Shown here piece by piece: positions 43,734 through 51,983 of a DNA stretch of 64,000 nt. Below the pieces are notes generated by a model, which saw only the letters and a program-made list of their open reading frames with translations, did not search any database and had not been told where the DNA came from. This DNA comes from a virus. Location: IMG/VR virus record IMGVR_UViG_3300045988_175328, positions 163,220-227,219 of that record; one strand, given 5' to 3'. Position 1 is the stretch's first letter, and each line of letters starts with the position of its first letter. Position numbers and translations under genes: made by a program.

Positions 43734-44189
43734 ATGAACTTAGTAACTAAAGAAATAATCTTAACTCGACTCGATAAAAAAGGTGCACTAAGTGCACTTG
43801 AATCAACTATTGAAAAATTTCATGAAGAATATCATAATAATAAATATAATTTTAAAGATGTCGATAATCATATTGAAGAATTTAAATTATATAATGGAGA
43901 GTTATTCTATCGCTCTACTAACGATATTAATATTGACTTAAATACATTAAAAAATAGTAACGATGAGTATGTAATTAATGATTTAATGCGATTAAAATCT
44001 TCAGTAAATCTAGCTCTTCTATTAAAAGAAAAGAATTTTAATATGATTCCAGTACCAGAAGATCTTTTAGATAATCTATATCTTAATATAAAACTATTCT
44101 TAAAAACAATTGAACGAATCGAGTTAGCATTAGAAGCTCTCAATCGAGCCGATACTATTCTTAATGGAGAGGATGGCTTCCGAGTCTAA
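43734..44189 (+). CDS. hypothetical protein
   Basis: 151-aa ORF, AAAGGAG RBS. Confidence 0.7.
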   Translation: MNLVTKEIILTRLDKKGALSALESTIEKFHEEYHNNKYNFKDVDNHIEEFKLYNGELFYRSTNDINIDLNTLKNSNDEYVINDLMRLKSSVNLALLLKEKNFNMIPVPEDLLDNLYLNIKLFLKTIERIELALEALNRADTILNGEDGFRV

Positions 44190-44411
44190 TGAAATACCGT
44201 CAAATTGTTAAAACGGTAGCACATGCTTGTATTAACTATAAATTAAGTCTTCCTATAGACTTTAAATTAATTTTAACAAGAACTTCGTGCATGTTGTATG
44301 CTAAAGGAGAGAATGATGCTACATTTAAAGGTCGACTAATTTTATTGAAATTCAGAACTAACACTCGTGATTTTAATCATGAGATACAGTTTTGGAAATT
44401 AGTAAGCCTGT
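44189..44411 (+). CDS. exon 1 of a small gene interrupted by an IStron
   Basis: ORF 44189..44413; its TAG stop is created by the intron, since the predicted 5' splice site follows T44411. Confidence 0.6.
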
Positions 44412-44815
44412 AGGGAAACTTGCAGGTAGAAATAGCTTTTAGCTATTCAACGAAGAAACTGAATTGCTGGGAACCCCTAAAGCTCAATTAACTACAATAT
44501 AGATTTGAAATATAATCAAGTATGAATGTGGCGAAAGCAGAAAAAATAATTGAGATAAGATATGGTTAAACCCTAAGTCTTAAGATAATGGGCAATCAGC
44601 AGCGAAGCTCCGAATAGGAGAACGTTCAACGACTATTCCTCGTGAGGGAAGTACACCGTAAGCGATTGACGGTGGAAGTGGTGTCGCCTAAGTCGCAATA
44701 GCGATATGGATAAGATATAGTCTGTGCTTATGCGAAAGTATAAGATGCGCGTAATGGCGCTGGTTAGGAATAGCGATCCTGATTGAACGAGACCTCACAA
44801 AACATGGTTCTAAAA
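44412..44815 (+). ncRNA. group I intron catalytic core
   Basis: P1 hairpin 44407-44426 with GAAA loop and U44411-G44422 wobble; P aattgctgggaa 44462-73; Q aatcagcagc 44594-603; R gttcaacgacta 44624-35; S aagatatagtct 44712-23; several GNRA hairpins. Confidence 0.8.
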
Positions 44816-44908
44816 TGTCCTGTAAAAGTTTTACTGAAAAGTTGTTTTTTAGTAAAAGTATGTTATAATAATCTCGTAATATAGTAATTAGAAAGCGAGG
44901 TGATAATA

Positions 44909-46159
44909 ATGTATGTAAATATGAAGCAACAGGTAAAACATCTAACAAAAGAAAAATACAATATCCTAAGAGAATTATGTAGGACTGCTAAGAATTTAAA
45001 AAATGAAGCAATTTATAATATTCGACAACATTATTTTCAAGAAAAACAATACTTGAGATATGAGTCGAATTATCATGAACTAAAGTATTCTGAAAATTAT
45101 AAGCTTTTAAATTCTAATATGGCACAACAAACTCTCAAGGAAGTTGATACAATGTTTAAATCATTCTTTGCTTTGATTAAAATGGCAAAGCAAGGAAAGT
45201 ACAGTTTTAAGCATATACGATTACCTAAGTATCTGCCTAAAAATGGATATTCAAATTTAATCATTGCACAATTTAAAATTAAAGATGGTATTTTAACTAT
45301 TCCAGTTTCTAATGCTTTTAAGGAAAAGCATGATATGAAAATTCAGATCAAAATTCCCAAAGCATTAGAAGGTAAAAAGATTAAACAGATTCAAATTATA
45401 CCTAAATTTAATGCTAGGTTCTTCGAGATTCAATATATATATGAAGTTCAAGAAGAAGATTTAAAATTAGATACCAACAATGCACTGGCTATTGATTTGG
45501 GAGTTAATAATTTGTGTACTTGCGTTACAAACGCTGGTAGATCTTTTATTATCGACGGAAGGAAGTTAAAATCTGTTAATCAATTCTTTAACAAGAATTA
45601 TGCTAAACTACAATCTATTAAAGACAAACAGCGTATCAAAAGACAGACGAAACAACAATATTTAATTTCTCTTAAGAGAAAGAATAGGGTTAACGATTAT
45701 ATCAATAAAACATGTCGATATATCATAAACTATTGCTTATCTAATAATATCGGAACTTTAGTTATTGGTTATAATCAGTCATTTCAATGTAAAACTAATT
45801 TAGGTAGGAGAAACAATCAAATTTTTACTCAATTGCCATTTGGTAAGATTCGAGAAAAATTAGAATATTCGTGCAAACGATATGGTATTAATTATATCTT
45901 ACAAGAAGAATCTTACACTTCTAAAGCTAGTTTTTTTGATAATGATGAGTTACCTATTTATAATGCTGACAATCCACAGGAATATGAGTTCAGTGGAAAG
46001 CGTGTTAAAAGAGGATTATACCAGACTAAAGATGGTTATCTTTTTAATGCAGATTGTAACGGCGCATTAAATATTCTTCGTAAAAGTAGCGTTGTAGACC
46101 TTAGTGTCTTATACAGTAGGGGCGATCTGGACACGCCTAAAAGAATAAGGATCTTTTAA
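44909..46159 (+). CDS. tnpB: TnpB-like RNA-guided endonuclease (IS200/IS605 OrfB family)
   Basis: 416 aa from ATG 44909 (GAGGTG RBS); RuvC triad contexts AIDLGVNN, LQEESYTSK, FNADCNGALNILR; no CxxC zinc-finger pairs. Confidence 0.9.
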   Translation: MYVNMKQQVKHLTKEKYNILRELCRTAKNLKNEAIYNIRQHYFQEKQYLRYESNYHELKYSENYKLLNSNMAQQTLKEVDTMFKSFFALIKMAKQGKYSFKHIRLPKYLPKNGYSNLIIAQFKIKDGILTIPVSNAFKEKHDMKIQIKIPKALEGKKIKQIQIIPKFNARFFEIQYIYEVQEEDLKLDTNNALAIDLGVNNLCTCVTNAGRSFIIDGRKLKSVNQFFNKNYAKLQSIKDKQRIKRQTKQQYLISLKRKNRVNDYINKTCRYIINYCLSNNIGTLVIGYNQSFQCKTNLGRRNNQIFTQLPFGKIREKLEYSCKRYGINYILQEESYTSKASFFDNDELPIYNADNPQEYEFSGKRVKRGLYQTKDGYLFNADCNGALNILRKSSVVDLSVLYSRGDLDTPKRIRIF

Positions 46160-46230
46160 GATCAAACTTCTTAATAAAATAACTTTAAGTTATTTTTAGA
46201 ACCATGTGATTTTAATCATGTGAGGTTCAG
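46040..46230 (+). ncRNA. predicted omega-RNA scaffold / intron 3' segment (5' boundary approximate)
   Basis: by analogy with TnpB systems; agaaccatg (46198-206) and tgtgagg (46219-25) pair with catggttct (44803-11) and cctcaca (44793-99). Confidence 0.4.
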
Positions 46231-46373
46231 TGAATCGAGATATTGATCTTAATGAATATAGCGCTTACGACCAAATTGTGTATAAAACAGTAGAATCATA
46301 TTTAATTAAAAATCAGGAGGCATTCTCTAAGTTTAATACATTAGTCGGCACTATTGAATCTGAAGTAGAATAA
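46231..46373 (+). CDS. exon 2 of the IStron-interrupted gene
   Basis: T44411 + TG46231-32 gives Leu, then NRDIDLNEYSAYDQIVYKTVESYLIKNQEAFSKFNTLVGTIESEVE stop; splice after G46224 would also be in frame. Confidence 0.55.
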
Positions 46374-46416
46374 AAAAGATGACCCTGTATTTTTAAATTA
46401 CAGAGTCATCTTTTTA
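46371..46416. terminator. bidirectional intrinsic terminator
   Basis: A-run, gaccctgta...tacagagtc stem, T-run; serves the split gene (+) and the HU gene (-). Confidence 0.8.
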
Positions 46417-46451
46417 GTCTATAGTAACGAGCTGATATTTGTATGTCAGGA

Positions 46452-46730
46452 TTATTTATTTAAAGCTTCTTTTAAAGCTTTAGCTGGTTTGAAAGCTACA
46501 GCTTTTTTTGCAGCGACTTTCATTTTTTCGCCAGTTTGTGGATTACGGCATTCGCGAGCTTTACGTTCACGAGATTCGAAAATGCCGAAACCATGTAAGC
46601 TAACTTTATCTCCTTTTACAAGAGATGTAGTTACTGTTGCTAATACATCTTCAACTAAAGCTGTAATAGCTTTTAAAGTTAATTCAGGATGTTTAGCAGC
46701 AACTGCTTTAATTAATTCTTGTTTATTCAT
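46452..46730 (-). CDS. hup: HU-family histone-like DNA-binding protein
   Basis: 92 aa; MNKQELIKAVA...GDKVSLHGFGIFESRERKARECRNPQTGEKMKVAAKKAVAFKPAKALKEAL aligns along its whole length with bacterial HU and SPO1 TF1. Confidence 0.9.
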   Translation of the reverse strand: MNKQELIKAVAAKHPELTLKAITALVEDVLATVTTSLVKGDKVSLHGFGIFESRERKARECRNPQTGEKMKVAAKKAVAFKPAKALKEALNK

Positions 46731-46776
46731 TTGTATCTCCTTTCTTATAAGTCAATAAGTAGCATGAGAAATACCT

Positions 46777-46805
46777 ATTATAGATTAAAATGTTTCTTGC
46801 AAGAA
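46777..46805 (-). promoter_or_regulatory. candidate promoter of the HU gene
   Basis: minus strand TTCTTG, 17-nt spacer, TATAAT. Confidence 0.5.
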
Positions 46806-46903
46806 GAGTAGCACATAGGCACTAAACATACTACTTATTGCTTATATATTGTATTACAACGCTATTATATATCATTTAATTAGCTTTGTAAATAGCTAAA
46901 TTT

Positions 46904-46946
46904 AAAAATCCTCTTTTTTGAGGCTATCATTTGCTATTCATTTAAT
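46904..46946 (+). promoter_or_regulatory. H2 element coinciding with a plausible promoter
   Basis: AAAAATCCTC, TTGAGG (46918-23), 17-nt spacer, TTTAAT (46941-46); second H2 box at 46957. Confidence 0.4.
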
Positions 46947-47023
46947 ATGTTAGCAAAATAAATCCTCATTTATGACGTATTCGTCAATGTACGGCTTAGT
47001 ATTATTTATCATGGAGGTTTTAT

Positions 47024-47362
47024 ATGATTGAAAAGGAAATATTAGTCCCAAGACTTGCAGCACTCACTTTCGACAATAAAAATGATTTCGAAATTGAAGT
47101 AACTCAATGGGATGAAGTGCTTGTCAAAATTGAAGGCAAGACGGGAAATAAAGATGAATTCGCCCAGACTATTTTTAATTTAGAAACTGGTATAGTTATT
47201 TATGAAGTAGATGGTGAAGAAATAGATTCACAACTTATTGAGCCACAGTCTTTTGAAGAATGGGACTACGAGAATTGGCAATGTGCCCATGACGATTATT
47301 CTAAATGGGTAGATTATATTAAAGAACAAGTTAATTATTTGTATACAGAAAGGGAATTTTAA
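47024..47362 (+). CDS. hypothetical acidic protein
   Basis: 112-aa ORF, GGAGG RBS. Confidence 0.7.
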   Translation: MIEKEILVPRLAALTFDNKNDFEIEVTQWDEVLVKIEGKTGNKDEFAQTIFNLETGIVIYEVDGEEIDSQLIEPQSFEEWDYENWQCAHDDYSKWVDYIKEQVNYLYTEREF

Positions 47363-47877
47363 TGTTAAACGTAACAGTAAATAAAGAAATTTTAGGACAA
47401 GAAAATTTAATGAATATTATGGCTCAAACAGGAGCCACTATCGTTTCTCAAGAAGGAGACGATATTGTATTAGGCGTTAATCCTGAACAAAAAGAAAATT
47501 TTGTAAAATTGTATGATGACGCCACTAAATTTAGTGGCGTTTATAAAGCTTCTAAGTTTGCAGGCTCTCTTATCGGGAAGACAGCTGACTTAGGAAAGAA
47601 AGCTTTAGTTGGTACCGGCCAACTAGCCTTTAAAACTACTTTTGGTGTAGGTCGTCGCTGTGTTGAAACAGTGGCTGGTCTTGGTGCTAAAATGGTTAAA
47701 GAAGGGAAAGAAAGCTATGGTCAAATGATGGACTCTGAAGAGTTTAATGATTTACGAAATCAATTTGGTGGCTCTTCTGATAATGGATTATCATGGAATT
47801 CTGTAGAACAGAAAGAAACTCCTACTCAAGAAGAAATTTTAGAAGAAGCCACAAGACTCAATGAGGAGCAAGGTTAA
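47362..47877 (+). CDS. hypothetical protein, family E (paralogue of 25633..26118)
   Basis: 171 aa; alignable over full length with 25633 product. Confidence 0.75.
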   Translation: MLNVTVNKEILGQENLMNIMAQTGATIVSQEGDDIVLGVNPEQKENFVKLYDDATKFSGVYKASKFAGSLIGKTADLGKKALVGTGQLAFKTTFGVGRRCVETVAGLGAKMVKEGKESYGQMMDSEEFNDLRNQFGGSSDNGLSWNSVEQKETPTQEEILEEATRLNEEQG

Positions 47878-48497
47878 TGAAATACCTATTAACTATTCTC
47901 GAAAATGAGTCTAATGAAGGAGAAGTAGCACTCCATTGTCTTAATGACAATGGAGTCTATCTTCCATTTCTTAGAAGAGAAAAATATCAATCTCTCGATC
48001 ATTTAAATATATTAGTTGGCAATTTTCTTAAAAATGTAACTTCTATAGAAAATTATGTCGGCATTTTTCTGAGCGAGAATTTAATTCGATTAGATTTCAA
48101 TGAAAAAATCTATAAAAAAGAAATTGAAAAATTTCTTAAATTAAATCCTCAATATGTTAATGAGCACTATACTGTCCAAACTGGACAACATGGTAGCGTT
48201 ATTACCAATGTATTCATTGACAAAAGAAGATTTCTAAAATTAGCAAAAAGCAAAGTAGGCAAAACATGGGCTTCTAAAGATTTTAAGGTCAAAAATATAG
48301 TTAGCTACAATTTGCTTTTGGCCAGCGAAGCTGAAAAAGAAATCATTAAAATAAACCCTCTATTGTCTAGAAATGATATCAATCATTTAATTCTTTGCCA
48401 TGCAATAGTAAAGACTGAATTTGGCGATAAGGCATTTGAAGAGCTTGTAAGAAATTCTTCTCTTAATAATCACTCTTCATCATCATTAATGCACTAA
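47877..48497 (+). CDS. hypothetical protein
   Basis: 206-aa ORF, TAATG overlap with previous gene. Confidence 0.7.
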   Translation: MKYLLTILENESNEGEVALHCLNDNGVYLPFLRREKYQSLDHLNILVGNFLKNVTSIENYVGIFLSENLIRLDFNEKIYKKEIEKFLKLNPQYVNEHYTVQTGQHGSVITNVFIDKRRFLKLAKSKVGKTWASKDFKVKNIVSYNLLLASEAEKEIIKINPLLSRNDINHLILCHAIVKTEFGDKAFEELVRNSSLNNHSSSSLMH

Positions 48498-48513
48498 GTA
48501 TATTTAGCAAATT

Positions 48514-48555
48514 AAAATCCTCACATTTGACATTTTCATAATATTAGCATATAAT
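48514..48555 (+). promoter_or_regulatory. consensus sigma-A promoter preceded by an H2 AAAATCCTC box
   Basis: TTGACA (48527-32), exactly 17-nt spacer, TATAAT (48550-55). Confidence 0.8.
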
Positions 48556-48561
48556 ATATTT

Positions 48562-48741
48562 ATTAAATGTTGGCATTAGTAATACGGTTTGGTTAATTTC
48601 CCCTTTAACCTTACCGTATTATTAATTTTACAGGATGCTCCTGTAGTGAGTCTATCAAATTACGCACCCCTCGGTTTACATGTTCTCTCTCATGTGTAAT
48701 TTTACAGATAGGCTTACTAGAGGAGCATCCTCTTTTTTTTT
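48562..48741 (+). ncRNA. about 180-nt structured leader or small RNA ending in a terminator
   Basis: hairpin 48580-48621 (taatacggt/accgtatta with inner ggttaa/ttaacc); about 100-nt hairpin 48632-48731 (aggatgctcct/aggagcatcct) followed by T9; no ORF. Confidence 0.55.
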
Positions 48742-48789
48742 ATTATTTTTTTATTTTAATGAGGCGAGGCCTCAGAAAAGGAGACTACT

Positions 48790-49443
48790 ATGTTAGTACA
48801 AGTAAATTATGTAACAAAAGAATTAGAAGGTAAAACACAATTCGCACGTGCCGTACAAATCGGTGACAAAGTGAAAGCAACCGCTCTCGATGTTCACAAC
48901 AATAAGTTTGAAGGCATTATGACTGAATGTGCAAATATGTTAAAAGCAGTTGATTCTTTAAAAATGAATCCATCTGCTAAAAACATTTTGTCGGTAACAT
49001 TACCTGATTTCTATATGGCAAAAGTATTACGCGGCTATTCTTTAGCTAAAAATGGTACTGCCATTAATAAAGAAACGGCTATGTTTAAAGGCGAAATTGA
49101 TTTAGCACCGACTGTAGCTTTTGTACAAGAATTAACAGCTATTCTTAAAAAAGGATGGAGCGTACGCTTCCAATCTTATAGCTCTTTACAATATTTTGTA
49201 GTAGATGCTCAAGGATATGCTGGTCAAACAGAAGCTACTTTTGAAAACGGTGTTTCTAAAGAAGGTTTCGCATTAGCTGGCGGCAATAAAGCATCTGGTA
49301 CTTATGTATTGAAAGAAGAAAAAGGACAAGTATTAGCTGTTCGCCCAGATAGTAAAACACAAAAAGAAAGCCGTGCTCGCTTTGCAGCAGCAATGGGAAC
49401 ACTTAATAAATTTGATGCGAATATTTTACTTAATGCATTCTAA
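48790..49443 (+). CDS. hypothetical protein
   Basis: 217-aa ORF, AAAAGGAG RBS preceded by gaggc-gag-gcctc hairpin. Confidence 0.75.
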   Translation: MLVQVNYVTKELEGKTQFARAVQIGDKVKATALDVHNNKFEGIMTECANMLKAVDSLKMNPSAKNILSVTLPDFYMAKVLRGYSLAKNGTAINKETAMFKGEIDLAPTVAFVQELTAILKKGWSVRFQSYSSLQYFVVDAQGYAGQTEATFENGVSKEGFALAGGNKASGTYVLKEEKGQVLAVRPDSKTQKESRARFAAAMGTLNKFDANILLNAF

Positions 49444-49464
49444 TTTAGTTTAATTGGTATAAAG

Positions 49465-49498
49465 CCTGCTGACATTAGTCAGCAGGTATTTATTTTTT
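49465..49498 (+). terminator. intrinsic terminator
   Basis: cctgctgac-atta-gtcagcagg then tatttatttttt. Confidence 0.9.
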
Positions 49499-49515
49499 AA
49501 GAAAGGATTATTTAA

Positions 49516-49923
49516 ATGGGAAACAGAGCTGTAATTACCTGGAGCGACACGAAACAACCTAAAGTTAGTAATGATTTAGGAATCTATTTACATTGGAATG
49601 GAGGTATTGAATCTGTTCAAGCATTTTTAGAATATGCAAAAGAGAATGGATTACCTAATCCTAGTGATGATGAACAATATGGACTTGCTCGCATGGTTCA
49701 AATGATTGGTAACTTTTTAGGTGATTATTCCGGTATTGGAATTGGCCCATTAAAAGAGTTAGATCTCGACAATTGGGACAATGGTACATATTTCTGTAAA
49801 GATTTTAATATTGTTCGTCGAATGTATTGCGATGATCGCGAACATGTTTTGTCGACTGATAAAGATCTTGAAGATATGAAAGATCAAATCTATCGCAAAC
49901 AACCTGAATCTTACAAAAAATAG
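49516..49923 (+). CDS. hypothetical protein
   Basis: 135-aa ORF, GAAAGGA RBS. Confidence 0.7.
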   Translation: MGNRAVITWSDTKQPKVSNDLGIYLHWNGGIESVQAFLEYAKENGLPNPSDDEQYGLARMVQMIGNFLGDYSGIGIGPLKELDLDNWDNGTYFCKDFNIVRRMYCDDREHVLSTDKDLEDMKDQIYRKQPESYKK

Positions 49924-49931
49924 GTGAGATT

Positions 49932-50174
49932 ATGAGCCCGTTATTCGGACTCGATTATTTGATGGATACTCTCGACGACCGTTCTTTAATTCTTTTATAT
50001 AATGAATGGCGCCGAGAGTATAATCTATCTAATCGAGGATTCTTTAGACAATGTGAAGGTATAATTGTACATAGAAATAATACATATTATACAAGCTTAA
50101 ACAAAAAATTAATTCCATTAAAAGATTTAAGAAAGTATATTAAAGATAATGTACTCCAAGTACATTCTTGGTAG
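49932..50174 (+). CDS. hypothetical protein
   Basis: 80-aa ORF immediately upstream of the MqsA-like gene. Confidence 0.6.
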   Translation: MSPLFGLDYLMDTLDDRSLILLYNEWRREYNLSNRGFFRQCEGIIVHRNNTYYTSLNKKLIPLKDLRKYIKDNVLQVHSW

Positions 50175-50182
50175 GTGATACA

Positions 50183-50653
50183 ATGATCAGATACTGTGAT
50201 AAGTGCAAGAAAGAAATTGAAACAGAAGTAATTTTTAGAAAAGAAATATACGAAGTTCTTGGAGAAGACATTGAAGTTGATTCTCAAATACTTGTTTGTT
50301 CTAAATGCGGCAATAATTTTTACTACGAAGATTTTGATAAAGTTACACTAATAGTTGCCTATAATAAATATAGAAAAAAACATAATTTACTTTTTCCTAT
50401 AGAAATAGAGTCAATTAGAAGAATGTATTGTCTTAGTCAAATAAACTTCGCTAAACTTCTTAATTGGAGCGATAAAGCTATTCGAAAATATGAAAGCGGT
50501 ACAATTCAAAGCAAAGAGCACAATGATTTATTAGTATATTTAAAAGATCCAAGAAATATGAAATCTTATCTATCAAAAAATAAAGTTAATTTAGATGAAA
50601 AAACTTTAGATAAATTAACATATTTAGTAGATAGATTAATTTTAAAACTATGA
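50183..50653 (+). CDS. MqsA-like zinc-finger + HTH (XRE) protein
   Basis: 156 aa from ATG 50183; CDKCKK...CSKCGN zinc ribbon then IRRMYCLSQINFAKLLNWSDKAIRKYESG helix-turn-helix. Confidence 0.55.
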   Translation: MIRYCDKCKKEIETEVIFRKEIYEVLGEDIEVDSQILVCSKCGNNFYYEDFDKVTLIVAYNKYRKKHNLLFPIEIESIRRMYCLSQINFAKLLNWSDKAIRKYESGTIQSKEHNDLLVYLKDPRNMKSYLSKNKVNLDEKTLDKLTYLVDRLILKL

Positions 50654-50682
50654 GTAGTAGTTTAAAATGAAAGGCCAAAAAT

Positions 50683-51006
50683 ATGCCAGATATATATGTT
50701 CCTGATTTAACAATATTTGATATTATTAAAGAAAAAGATAAAATTAAAACAAGAGATGAATTTATTGAATCTTTGTCAACAGCTCAATCTGCTTATATTC
50801 TAGGATTAAAAATTCAAGCAGTTGATTCCGCTAGTTATTGGCTTGATAAATATAAAGAAACAAAAGATAAGAAATATTTAACGAAAGTAAATAAATATTT
50901 AATTCAAGCCAACACTGTAGAATTTTTCACAAATTTAGATGTACTTTCAGAAGAATATGAAGACATAAAAAAAGAATATAATAAAGTAATTAAGGATGTG
51001 ATTTAA
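50683..51006 (+). CDS. hypothetical protein
   Basis: 107-aa ORF. Confidence 0.65.
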   Translation: MPDIYVPDLTIFDIIKEKDKIKTRDEFIESLSTAQSAYILGLKIQAVDSASYWLDKYKETKDKKYLTKVNKYLIQANTVEFFTNLDVLSEEYEDIKKEYNKVIKDVI

Positions 51007-51299
51007 TGCCGAATAATTATAATGATTGGGGCGAGTTCGCCGCAAGTTTAGGATTAAGACAAGAAGGATTTCTTGAAGACTTAATTAAAGGACACATTGA
51101 AGAATGTAATTGTTTTCTTAAAGAATATAGCGAAAGTAATGATGTTTATTTATTTTATTTAGTGCAAGACTCTTTAGTTCAAATGCGATTATTATATTGT
51201 TTGTTGAATAAAAATGCTGATGAGGAATATAAAAGAATCTATTTATCATACAAAAATATTAAAGAACACCTTATAGAAGGAGGAAGATTAAATGGCTAA
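51006..51299 (+). CDS. hypothetical protein
   Basis: 97-aa ORF, TAATG overlap. Confidence 0.65.
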   Translation: MPNNYNDWGEFAASLGLRQEGFLEDLIKGHIEECNCFLKEYSESNDVYLFYLVQDSLVQMRLLYCLLNKNADEEYKRIYLSYKNIKEHLIEGGRLNG

Positions 51300-51981
51300 C
51301 TGTTGTATGAATACATTAATCTTCTATTGTAATAAAGAAGATGATAAATCAAAAAGATCTTTAAAAAAATTGTTTAATTCTTTTGTTAAATTAAGAGAAA
51401 AATATAATTCTAATTTACATAAAATGATGTGTGACCAATTTAATAAACAATATGTAATTCCATCCTTTAAAAGAGCTGAACTCGATTATATTTCAGAAAA
51501 CATTTCTGTATTAGAAGAAAGTGATAATGCTTCTTTTATTATGGAAGTTGTTTCAGCATGGATTCCTATTATTAGAAATATGGAACATATTGTAAATATG
51601 TGGAATCAGAATAATACTAATTCTTTGATCAAAGTTGTAGGCATGGCCGAAGAAACTGGCTGTGATGTTTATGTAAACACAGATAAAGAAGGAGATTTTT
51701 TCATTGATCGATACAAATTTGTATTTGTAAAAGAAAATGAAGATGAAGATATTTATTCTGACAGCTTTGCTGCATCTAAAAGAGTTATTTCTAAAAAACT
51801 AAGAGAGTATGGTTATCATTTTTCAGAAGAAATTATTTTTAATACAGACAATGAAGAAAAGCTACAGACTATTGTAAATAGTATTATTGAAAAAGAAGAT
51901 TTAGAATTAATTAGATTCTTTTGTTTTAAATATGAAGAAGAAGATGACTGTCCAGTTACATGGATAAGTCCAAAGGAATAA
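51292..51981 (+). CDS. hypothetical protein
   Basis: 229-aa ORF; N-terminus MANCCMNTLIFYC loosely resembles the MxNWCxNxL start of DUF1281-type proteins (weak). Confidence 0.6.
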   Translation: MANCCMNTLIFYCNKEDDKSKRSLKKLFNSFVKLREKYNSNLHKMMCDQFNKQYVIPSFKRAELDYISENISVLEESDNASFIMEVVSAWIPIIRNMEHIVNMWNQNNTNSLIKVVGMAEETGCDVYVNTDKEGDFFIDRYKFVFVKENEDEDIYSDSFAASKRVISKKLREYGYHFSEEIIFNTDNEEKLQTIVNSIIEKEDLELIRFFCFKYEEEDDCPVTWISPKE

Positions 51982-51983
51982 TC

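Larger units (their letters stand above)
44412..46230 (+). mobile_element. IStron: group I intron fused to an IS200/IS605-family tnpB module
   Basis: group I P/Q/R/S core at 5' end, tnpB ORF, long-range helices closing around the ORF, in-frame exon continuation on both sides. Confidence 0.75.

Noticed and set aside
44688-44948. Minus-strand ORF of 86 aa
   Set aside because: It lies antisense within the group I intron core and the tnpB start region, and has no RBS.
46489-46758. + strand ORF of 89 aa
   Set aside because: It is antisense to the clearly recognisable HU gene.
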